From NCBI GenBank assembly GCA_965203225.1, contig CBDBBW010000007.1, positions 423,574 to 487,573 on the forward strand: a stretch of 64,000 bases of DNA. The letters are read 5' to 3'. The translations under genes and the position numbers were made by a program. Shown one piece after another: positions 39,828 through 48,128 of the stretch (positions within the stretch are counted from its first letter, which is position 1; each line of letters opens with the position of its first letter). The notes under the pieces were generated by a model that was not told the DNA's origin, did no database searches, and worked only from the letters and a program-made list of their open reading frames with translations. The DNA comes from Bdellovibrionales bacterium. GTDB lineage: Bacteria; Bdellovibrionota; Bdellovibrionia; Bdellovibrionales; UBA1609.

Positions 39828-40607
39828 ATGAATGCTTTAACGGAAAAAGAAATAGCCTTAATGCGGTCCGTTGGCCGTCTGTCAGCTTATGTTCTGGCTC
39901 AAGTGGGTAAAATGGTTGCACCAGGGGTGCGTACCTCCGCTCTGGACAAAAAGGCTTATGAATTAACCTTGTCTAAGGGAGCACAGCCGGCCCCTTTGAA
40001 TTATAAAGGGTATCCAAAATCTATATGTACTTCCGTGAATCATTGTATTTGCCATGGCGTGCCCGGATCTTATGTGTTGCGGGAAGGCGATATTGTTAAT
40101 ATTGATGTAACCTGTATTAAAGAGGGATTTCATGGCGACACCTCCAGAACTTTTTATGTGGGGGAGGTTTCAGAACGAGCTAAAGCCGTCACGGAATGCG
40201 CGTATGAGGCCATGATGAAAGGGATCGATCAAGTGAAGGCAGGTAACACGACGGGGGATATTGGTTTCGCTATCAATAAATATGTGGTGAGAAAAGGATT
40301 GTATCCGGTTTTGGAAATTGGCGGTCATGGAATAGGAAAGAATTTTCATGAAGATCCTTTCGTGCCTTCTTATGGAAAAAAAGGTAAAGGAACGGTTTTA
40401 CAAGCTCATCGCTGTATTACAGTGGAACCTATGGTTAATGAAACCTCCGCCTGTATAAAAGCATTTGATATTCCTGATTCTGACATTCAGTTTTATGAGA
40501 CCTCTGACAACACTCTCTCCGCCCAATTTGAGCATACCGTGTTGATTCAGGAAGACAGGTATGAGATTCTCACACTTCCTGAAACTTCTTTTGAAGTGGG
40601 ATATTAA
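39828..40607 (+). CDS. map: type I methionine aminopeptidase
   Basis: Metal-ligand context DIVNIDVTCIKEGFHGDTSRTF, GHGIGKNFHEDP, TVEPM and FEHTVLI. Confidence 0.95.
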   Translation: MNALTEKEIALMRSVGRLSAYVLAQVGKMVAPGVRTSALDKKAYELTLSKGAQPAPLNYKGYPKSICTSVNHCICHGVPGSYVLREGDIVNIDVTCIKEGFHGDTSRTFYVGEVSERAKAVTECAYEAMMKGIDQVKAGNTTGDIGFAINKYVVRKGLYPVLEIGGHGIGKNFHEDPFVPSYGKKGKGTVLQAHRCITVEPMVNETSACIKAFDIPDSDIQFYETSDNTLSAQFEHTVLIQEDRYEILTLPETSFEVGY

Positions 40608-40767
40608 TTTTTTTATCGAGCGGGAAAAAGAGATTTGTTTTTAACTTTAATTTATGAGTTTATGAAATTTCAAATTGAAAAATCAATTATTAAGTGTTTT
40701 TCTAATTGAGATTTTATTTTTATGTGTATAGAAGCTTTGTTTTTATGGAGATTGAGGTTTCATTCTT

Positions 40768-42117
40768 ATGGATGAATTGAAAAGCAAACAAAATAAAGAG
40801 TTAGATTATAAGGTTTGTAAAGAGGCCATGAACAATCCTGCCCGGATGGAGGAGCTAAATCGATGGGGTCGGGAGGAGATTCGCTTGGCGGAAAATGAGA
40901 TGCCAGGTTTGATGGCTTTAAGGAAAGAGTATACTGCACTGAAGCCTCTTGCCGGCGCGCGTATCACGGGTTGCTTGCACATGACCATCCAAACAGCGGT
41001 TCTGATAGAAACCCTGATTGATCTGGGCGCTCAGGTGAGATGGAGTTCCTGTAATATTTATTCCACTCAGGATCATGCCGCCGTGGCAATGGCGCAGTCG
41101 AAGGTACCGGTGTTTGCTTGGAAAGGGGAGACAGAGGAGGAATATTGGTGGTGTATTGAGCAGACCATTAAAGGCTGGGGGCCGGACGGGTTTGATTTAA
41201 TTTTGGATGATGGAGGGGATTTAACCAATGTTCTGCACAGGCCGGAGTACAATTATTTAATGCAGAAAATAGTGGGTATTTCAGAGGAGACCACTACCGG
41301 GGTCAGGAACTTGGAAAGACTGCATAGGGAGGGCAATCTTAAAGCCCCGGCTATCAATGTAAATGATTCTGTTACCAAGTCTAAATTTGATAATTTGTAT
41401 GGGTGCAGAGAGTCTTTGGTGGACGGAATTAAGAGAGCTACGGATATTATGCTGGCCGGGAAGGTGGCTTTGGTGGCAGGTTATGGCGATGTGGGAAAGG
41501 GGTCCGCTCAAAGTCTTCGTTCTTATGGAGCGCGGGTGTTGATTTCCGAGATTGATCCCATCTGCGCTTTGCAGGCCAGTATGGAGGGGTACGCTGTGGT
41601 TCGAATGGACGATGTGGCCAAGCAAGTGGATATTTTTGTCACAGCCACCGGATGCAGAGATATCATAACGAAAAATCATTTTCTGGAGATGAAAAATGGG
41701 GCTATTGTCTGTAATATTGGTCATTTTGATTTGGAAGTGGATATGGAGTGGCTGAATCAAAACAGCAAAAAACTTCCCATAAAACCACAAGTGGATTTGC
41801 ATCGTTTTTCTGATGGACGGGAAATTATCGTTTTGGCGGAAGGGCGTCTTGTGAATTTGGGTTGCGCCACTGGCCATCCTTCTTTTGTGATGAGTAATTC
41901 CTTTTCCAATCAGGTGTTGGCTCAGATTGATTTATGGCAGAACAAAGGGGGTTATACTCCGGGGGTGTATCGGTTGTCCAAAAAACTGGATGAAAAGGTG
42001 GCTCATTTGCACTTGAATCAGCTGGGTGTTCAGTTGACTCACCTGTCTAAGGAGCAGGCGGACTATTTGGGTGTGAATATAGAGGGTCCTTATAAACCGG
42101 CCGATTACAAATATTAA
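40768..42117 (+). CDS. ahcY: adenosylhomocysteinase
   Basis: Motifs [27 protein letters not shown] fold [10 protein letters not shown], and a C-terminal [12 protein letters not shown]...Y. Confidence 0.95.
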   Translation: MDELKSKQNKELDYKVCKEAMNNPARMEELNRWGREEIRLAENEMPGLMALRKEYTALKPLAGARITGCLHMTIQTAVLIETLIDLGAQVRWSSCNIYSTQDHAAVAMAQSKVPVFAWKGETEEEYWWCIEQTIKGWGPDGFDLILDDGGDLTNVLHRPEYNYLMQKIVGISEETTTGVRNLERLHREGNLKAPAINVNDSVTKSKFDNLYGCRESLVDGIKRATDIMLAGKVALVAGYGDVGKGSAQSLRSYGARVLISEIDPICALQASMEGYAVVRMDDVAKQVDIFVTATGCRDIITKNHFLEMKNGAIVCNIGHFDLEVDMEWLNQNSKKLPIKPQVDLHRFSDGREIIVLAEGRLVNLGCATGHPSFVMSNSFSNQVLAQIDLWQNKGGYTPGVYRLSKKLDEKVAHLHLNQLGVQLTHLSKEQADYLGVNIEGPYKPADYKY

Positions 42118-42199
42118 TTTTTGTGTTATTTTTCCCTGACGGGATCCTGTTGTCTGGTTCTTTTTGGACTGGTTGTTCGGTCCTTTTGGTCTCTTCCTG

Positions 42200-42565
42200 T
42201 CTCAATAACAAGTTTTGTTTTGCGGTCCGAATAGCCAAAATCGTCATAGGCTTATGCACAGGAAACTTCCCTCCCGAGGATTTTACGGTCTATAAAAGGG
42301 ATAATGAAACAGCCCATCGTCATAGGCTTATGCACAGGAAACTTCCCTCCCGAGGATTTTACGGTCTATAAAAGAGATAATGAAACAGCCCATCGTCATA
42401 GGCTTGTGCACAGGAAATTTCCCTCCCGAGGATTTTACGGTCTATAAAAGAGATAATGAAACAGCCCATCGTCATAGGCTTGTGTACACAGGCAACTTTC
42501 CCATCTCAATAACAAGTTCCGTACTGCTGTCCTGTTCTGATTTGTACTGCTGTCCTGTTCTGAAG
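42200..42565. repeat. 76-bp tandem array (~4 unit lengths) bracketed by tctcaataacaagtt, plus a 23-bp doublet
   Basis: tcgtcatagg recurs at 42241, 42317 and 42393. The 15-mer sits at 42200 and 42504, which is 304 bp apart (4 x 76). gtactgctgtcctgttctga occurs twice at about 42520-42565. Confidence 0.9.
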
Positions 42566-42610
42566 TGACCAGTCGTTTGGCCATAAAGAGTCAAAATCCC
42601 TTGGAATTTT

Positions 42611-43171
42611 TTAAGTGCAATTAGTATCTTGTGAGTTATTTATTTTTTCCATGTTTAGATAGTTTAGGTATGTTTTCATTTCTCTGATACTTTCCCGAGC
42701 GTCATCCAAGGCGCGGTGTTTGTTTTCTTTTTTAAATGTGATTCCTATGTTGGAGAAAATGATTTTCCATGCTGAAATGTCCAGCATCCGGTAGTGGAGC
42801 CGTTCCTCAAACTTAAGAAGGTGTTTTTTAATAAACAGCCGGTCTTGATAAATGGAATTGCCGGCCAGAATGATTTTTTCATCTTTAAAATGTTCATCTG
42901 CCAGATAAATCAGTTCTCTTTCCATCTGATCCTGTGTAGTCCCTTTGGGGACCAGTTCGTAGAGTCCTGATTTCTTGTGCTGTTTTGTATTCCATTTGTC
43001 CATCTTTTCTAAATAGTCTTTATGCTGTTTGACTATTTGGTGATAGGAATGCAGTTCTTTATACTGGTGGTCAGTGACAACCACAGCTACTTCAATGATA
43101 ACTTCTTTTTCCGGGTCCAAGCCTGTCATTTCCATATCCAGCCATAGAAATTTTTGCACTTTTGGGTTCAT
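42611..43171 (-). CDS. orn: oligoribonuclease
   Basis: DEDDh exonuclease: LWLDMEMTGLDPEK, GNSIYQDRLFI and HRALDDARESIREM. Confidence 0.9.
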   Translation of the reverse strand: MNPKVQKFLWLDMEMTGLDPEKEVIIEVAVVVTDHQYKELHSYHQIVKQHKDYLEKMDKWNTKQHKKSGLYELVPKGTTQDQMERELIYLADEHFKDEKIILAGNSIYQDRLFIKKHLLKFEERLHYRMLDISAWKIIFSNIGITFKKENKHRALDDARESIREMKTYLNYLNMEKINNSQDTNCT

Positions 43172-43406
43172 AAATTACAGACCTTTTCTGTTTGTATCAC
43201 TTAAATTTCCCTTATCCGACGCTTTTTCATTCTTTGGTGAAAAAAAACCATGAAGAATTCAAGCGGGATCAGTATCGCTTAGCTTGTGTAATACTATAAC
43301 TTTATAGTTATTTTTTGCTGAAAACAAGATTATTTGTTATAAATAGTAATCTGTTGTATATTTGGCATGGCTATATAAACCTCGATTTTGTGTTGTGGGG
43401 GTAGTT

Positions 43407-43548
43407 GATTGGATTGCTGTAAATGGGTGTTGCAAATGCTGATCGAATTGCTGGGAATGGGTATTGCAAATGCTGATCGAATTGCTGTAAATAGATGTTC
43501 CAAATGTTGATTGGATTGCTGTAAATGGGTGTTGCAAATGCTGATTGG
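43407..43548. repeat. 34-bp tandem array, ~4 copies
   Basis: gatYgRattgctg recurs at 43407, 43441, 43475, 43509 and 43543. Confidence 0.9.
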
Positions 43549-43675
43549 TGAAAAATTTGTAAAAATAAAGCTTTGGTATTGTATAAAATGTCTGTTTTTT
43601 TAGAGTTTGGCTTGAGGGTATATATCGTAAAATGCTGGCAGATTTTTAGTTGATATATTGTTAAATCATTTCATT

Positions 43676-43752
43676 GGGGTGGTGGTCTAGTTGGTTAGGA
43701 CGCCGGCCTGTCACGCTGGAGATCGCGGGTTCGAGCCCCGTCCACCCCGCCA
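43676..43752 (+). tRNA. tRNA-Asp (anticodon GTC), CCA encoded
   Basis: Hand-folded cloverleaf. The acceptor is GGGGTGG/CCACCCC, the D arm GTCT/GGAC, and the anticodon stem CCGGC/GCTGG with loop CTGTCAC. The T arm is GCGGG-TTCGAGC-CCCGT, with discriminator G and 3' CCA. Confidence 0.9.
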
Positions 43753-44137
43753 CTTAAACACCACTACTTTTTCAAACCCATGTCATTAACATTTGCAGGA
43801 ACTGTCTGTGTATTTCAAACCCCCGTGTTTCTTGGTTAATCAGGCAATCCTCAATTTCGCCGGACTTATTTCAGGATATTTCCTGATATTTCAAATTTTA
43901 TCTACATGAGTCTACATATTTTGCTATACGGTTTTTTAGGCTGGCTGGAGGCTTCTTTGGTGGTGAAAAGAAATATATCCAGCAATTTTTTATAAGTCGA
44001 TATATAAATTATAGAGTTAAGAAAAGTCTTTTATTGCATAACACTTGATAAATTTTTAATCTGTGAGTACCTATAAAAAAATACAAGAAGCAATTTTTAA
44101 ATTAAATTTTTCGGCTAAAAGGTGTAAATAATTAATA

Positions 44138-44890
44138 ATGAACAAGACTCAAAGCTGGCAATGCCCTTATTGTAGTCATCATCAAGTACTTTTAGACACA
44201 GGTAATTATAGTGATAATTTAAAATCTACTACAACAGATATTGTTCAAACAAGTAAATATAGTCAAATAGGGCTTTTCACAACTAGTATTGCTTGTTTAA
44301 ACTCAGATTGCAAAAAGCTTACACTAAAAGTTGATTTAAAAAAGATAGATAGCTATGATCCATATTTGGCGGGGAAATCAATAGGACAATGGTCATTACT
44401 ACCTGATTCAATAGCTAAGCCACAGCCGGATTATATACCTGCACCTATTAGAAAGGACTATCAGGAAGCTTGCAAAATATCACATCTCAGTCCAAATGCT
44501 TCTGCCGTTTTATCCAGAAGATGTTTAGAAAGCATGATTAAACATTTCTGTGAAATAAAAGAAGCCTCTCTTTATCAATCCATAGAGAAACTAAAAAGCA
44601 AATTGAAAAATAATAAAGCTCCTAAAGGTGTTACAGAAGAAACAATAGAAGCTATTGACAGTATAAGAAGAATGGGACGCATAGGTGCACATATGAAAGA
44701 ACCGACAGGTATGTTGGTTGATATTGAACCTGAAGAGGCTGCTCTACTTGTTGAGCTTATAGAAATGTTATTTAAAGAGTGGTATATTGCCAGAAATGAA
44801 AGACAAGAAAGGTTAAACAAAATAAAAGAGACTACTATACAAAAAGAGCAAAAACGAAATTCTGGAGCAAAAAGCCAAAACTATGAATGA
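44138..44890 (+). CDS. DUF4145-domain protein with N-terminal zinc ribbon
   Basis: CPYCSHH...C at the N-terminus. The C-terminal IRKDYQEACKISHLSPNASAVLSRRCLESMIKHF...IRRMGRIGAH matches the DUF4145 pattern. There is an 8-nt overlap with the methyltransferase gene. Confidence 0.7.
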   Translation: MNKTQSWQCPYCSHHQVLLDTGNYSDNLKSTTTDIVQTSKYSQIGLFTTSIACLNSDCKKLTLKVDLKKIDSYDPYLAGKSIGQWSLLPDSIAKPQPDYIPAPIRKDYQEACKISHLSPNASAVLSRRCLESMIKHFCEIKEASLYQSIEKLKSKLKNNKAPKGVTEETIEAIDSIRRMGRIGAHMKEPTGMLVDIEPEEAALLVELIEMLFKEWYIARNERQERLNKIKETTIQKEQKRNSGAKSQNYE

Positions 44891-45929
44891 TTATAAAGAA
44901 AGAAAATATTTATCATCAATAGAAGCAGGAAAATACTTAGGTATTACTGTTCAAACTTTACATGGCTTGGTCAAACAGAAAAAAATCAAGAGTGTCATTG
45001 CTACCAGTGGACAAAAAAGGTTTAAACTACAAGACTTAAAAAATTATGAAAAAGGCAGGCTTAAAGTAAGAAAAGTAAGCCAAAAACGAACTGCAAAAGA
45101 AACTCTGTTACAAATTAACGATACTTCACATAAAATCTATATAAAAAATTCAATGAGCATGGATAAGTTGGAGGATAATTCTATTCATTTAATGGTGACC
45201 TCCCCTCCTTATTTTAATGCAAAGATGTATACAAAAAAGCCTGTAAAAGGGGATTTAGGAAATATCCATGATCTTGATGAATGGTTTGAGAAAATCGGAA
45301 TGGTTTGGAAAGAAACTTTCAGGGTGCTCCAATCGGGCAGAAAAGCTTTTATAAACATTATGAATCTGCCTATAAGAATTGAAAAAAGTTTTAAAACCTT
45401 AAATTTGGTTGGTAGAACCATAGAAACTATGGAAGAGATCGGATTTATTTTTAAAAGGGATATTATATGGCATAAAACAAATGGAGTAAAAGCCCACTTT
45501 GGAACTTATCCCTATCCAGGAGGTATTTTAATCAACAATATGCACGAATTTATTTTAGAATTTAACAAACCAGATAAAAAAGGCTTCAGTAAATATGGTC
45601 ATTTAACAAAAAAACAAAAAGAAATTTCAAAACTGGATAAAGACTTTTGGTTAAGTATCAAAAATACGGATGTATGGACAATGAAGCCGGAAAATAGTGG
45701 AGATAGTCGCTCCCACGTTGCTCCATTTCCCTATGAATTGCCTTATAAAATTATTAAAGCCTTTACTTATGTAGGGGAAACTGTGCTAGATCCTTTTGCA
45801 GGTAGTGGAACAACAACCAAGTCTGCCGCAGATTTAAAAAGAAATAGTGTGGGATATGAAATCGCTCCAGAAATCGCTGGAGAGGCTATCAATAGTTTAA
45901 AGAACTATCAAAACAGATTGTTTGTTTAA
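44883..45929 (+). CDS. HTH-fused DNA methyltransferase (beta-class N6A/N4C type)
   Basis: N-terminal HTH LSSIEAGKYLGITVQTLHGLVKQKKI. The catalytic motif IV TSPPYF precedes the SAM motif I LDPFAGSGTT (beta-class order). Confidence 0.85.
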   Translation: MNDYKERKYLSSIEAGKYLGITVQTLHGLVKQKKIKSVIATSGQKRFKLQDLKNYEKGRLKVRKVSQKRTAKETLLQINDTSHKIYIKNSMSMDKLEDNSIHLMVTSPPYFNAKMYTKKPVKGDLGNIHDLDEWFEKIGMVWKETFRVLQSGRKAFINIMNLPIRIEKSFKTLNLVGRTIETMEEIGFIFKRDIIWHKTNGVKAHFGTYPYPGGILINNMHEFILEFNKPDKKGFSKYGHLTKKQKEISKLDKDFWLSIKNTDVWTMKPENSGDSRSHVAPFPYELPYKIIKAFTYVGETVLDPFAGSGTTTKSAADLKRNSVGYEIAPEIAGEAINSLKNYQNRLFV

Positions 45930-45944
45930 GAAAAAGAAAGAATA

Positions 45945-47066
45945 ATGTCCGATACAAAGACAATATATGCCCAATCCAGTGATATTAAATCCAGAACTTA
46001 TTTGGAATATCGAAAAGATATGAAGCAAAAGGCTATTGCAGAGCTTGAAATTCTGCCTTGGCTAAAGGAACAAATTAAAAAATCAGATGAGGAGGTTAGC
46101 GTAGAAAAATATGGAGGTGACAAGTTTATATGGTTTTTGAGAAAGGGAGGAATTACAAGAGAACCTGATTTTATTGTTAAATACTCCAATAAAAAAACGG
46201 AGTATATAGAATTTCAATATGCAAAAAAAGAATTAAGAGCTTATGATTTTAAAATTTCCAAGATTACTCCAAAAGATAAAAAGCTAAAGAAAAGAGTTCC
46301 TAAAAAAGATACAAAAATCTTATATATCATCAAGCCAACTGGTGAATTTGCTATTTTAGAACCTTCTTGGATAGCTAAACATTCACAACAAACTGTCGCT
46401 CCTGCATGGGGAAATGCTCCTGTGTTTAGAGTGCTTAAAGAGAAATTTAAAAAAGTTTTGAAGAAAGATAAAAAATTAAAAACTGTTTGCAATACGATAG
46501 ATAAGAAAAACTATATCTTGGACTTTCAACATAAAACTATTGAAATAGAAAAAGAGAAAATTTCTTATTTACTCCAACAGGTTTTAGATGAAGAAAAAGC
46601 CTTAAAAATCATGCCTAAAACTTTGGACGGATTTTTCAAAGTTTGTTTTACACTCAGTCATCTTGAGAAGACACCTGCTAATGCCAGCCTATGGCTGATA
46701 TATTTGTTATCTTTTTTAAGTCAAAAACTCAACTCTTATAAGATATTTCAACTAGTTTACAGTTTGGATTTCCTTTATTCAAAAGTTGATTTAGAAAAGA
46801 ATGAGATAAATAAATTAGTTGAGGGAATAAACTTTCTTTATAAAAACTTACAAAAGTTCTCAAAAACTGACGGTTCTTTTCAATCAAATAAAACGATCGC
46901 TCCTTTAGAGGATACAAGATACTCTCTTTTTATAATAAATATCATTGAGGATTTAACTCAGGATATCTTATTTTACTATGGAAATGATTTTGATCTAAAA
47001 TCTATTAACAAGATATATCAGACTATTCCTCAAGTCGATGAAACTTTTGAGTTCATTAGAATTTGA
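45945..47066 (+). CDS. putative cognate restriction endonuclease (PD-(D/E)xK-like core)
   Basis: It lies immediately downstream of the MTase. The N-terminal E...EPDFIV-x12-EYIEFQYAKK resembles a PD...E.Q/K nuclease core. No family was recognised, so the call rests on position plus motif. Confidence 0.5.
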   Translation: MSDTKTIYAQSSDIKSRTYLEYRKDMKQKAIAELEILPWLKEQIKKSDEEVSVEKYGGDKFIWFLRKGGITREPDFIVKYSNKKTEYIEFQYAKKELRAYDFKISKITPKDKKLKKRVPKKDTKILYIIKPTGEFAILEPSWIAKHSQQTVAPAWGNAPVFRVLKEKFKKVLKKDKKLKTVCNTIDKKNYILDFQHKTIEIEKEKISYLLQQVLDEEKALKIMPKTLDGFFKVCFTLSHLEKTPANASLWLIYLLSFLSQKLNSYKIFQLVYSLDFLYSKVDLEKNEINKLVEGINFLYKNLQKFSKTDGSFQSNKTIAPLEDTRYSLFIINIIEDLTQDILFYYGNDFDLKSINKIYQTIPQVDETFEFIRI

Positions 47067-47079
47067 TACAAAAAATTGA

Positions 47080-47632
47080 ATAAAGAAGGTAATCATATCT
47101 TCATTTAAAATTAATTTTGATCGCTTTAAAGAGTTTTCTTCAAATGAAAGCAATATTTTATCAGATATAGTTGGTTTGTATTTCATAAAAATGGATAATA
47201 TTTTAATATCATACCCTTTTAAACAGTCGAAACTAATTTATATAGGAATGAGTGAAAAAAACTAATGGAATAGGAGTAAGATTATATGATCATTTCAATG
47301 GTCAATCTGGTAATGTGGGATTATTCAACTATATCAAAAGTATAGATGTCAAATTTACATATATAAACTTTGATATTTTAAAAGATTTTTGGAAGCTCTC
47401 AATAGAAAACTTGGAAAGTTATTTTATACTTGATTTTCTAAAGTATCATGGAGCGTACCCTATTTGTAATAATAAAACTGGATTTCCTGAGCTACCTAAA
47501 AAATACTTTAATATAAATTGGAGACGACACGCAGACGACATCAAAACAAAAACTATTGATTTTACAGGACTTTTTCAAGTAGCTGGAAATAGAATCAGCT
47601 GGATTTGGTCAGACGACACGCAGACGACATGA
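47080..47632 (+). pseudogene. GIY-YIG nuclease-like gene, start lost and frameshifted in an A7 run
   Basis: Own translation gives ...VGLYFIKMDNILISYPFKQSKLIYIGMSEKN*, continuing in the +1 frame (ORF 47252..47632) as TNGIGVRLYDHFNG...IENLESYFI...PICNN. Deleting one A of 47255-47261 restores the frame. No ATG/GTG/TTG lies upstream of the GLY motif. Confidence 0.6.
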
Positions 47633-48128
47633 CTGGTACAATAAATATCGGTAAAATGGCGGGGTAACTCTCACCCCTCTCATTGATTTTAGAGGGAATT
47701 TAACGGGATACTCCGGTTAGGAGAGGTTATCAGCAGTTGTCAGTGGTATAAAAAGGAGCAGATTTATTGGTTTATTGGTTTATTTTAGTGTTTTAAGAAC
47801 TCTTTTTCCTAACCCGTCCCCCCCCCTGCCACTGTTCTCTGTAAACCTTATAAACACTATAGTTTTTCAGAAAAAAATGTTTTTTAACGGGATTTTTTTA
47901 AAAGATTTTTCAAAACAACTTAAACTGCCAATGATTGATTAACTGTGTTTCCAAAACAGTTAGTCGTTTTTAAAGAGGGCAGAAAAAGTTTTTTCTCCCA
48001 CTTCATGATTCAAAAGAACTGCAGTCTTCTCATGGGATAAATCATCAATATTTTCTAAAAATGGAATCTTATAAGATAAATTGTCTTGAAAAATAGATTT
48101 AAAATAAAGTCAAAGAAATAAATTATCT

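Noticed and set aside
40620-40767. SAH riboswitch upstream of ahcY
   Set aside because: The leader is very AT-rich and shows none of the GC-rich pseudoknot elements of SAH riboswitches.
41281-41877. Long antisense ORFs inside ahcY (41281..41877), fumC (34750..35163, 35502..35894), the first lipoprotein gene (522..1105) and the OMP gene (4162..4775)
   Set aside because: They lie opposite or overlapping confidently assigned genes with strong motif support, and they have no independent signals.
43753-44137. Integrase or integrase remnant next to tRNA-Asp
   Set aside because: All six frames are short and stop-ridden. Only a small palindrome (tcaggatatttcctga) was seen. No tyrosine or serine recombinase motifs occur anywhere in the island.
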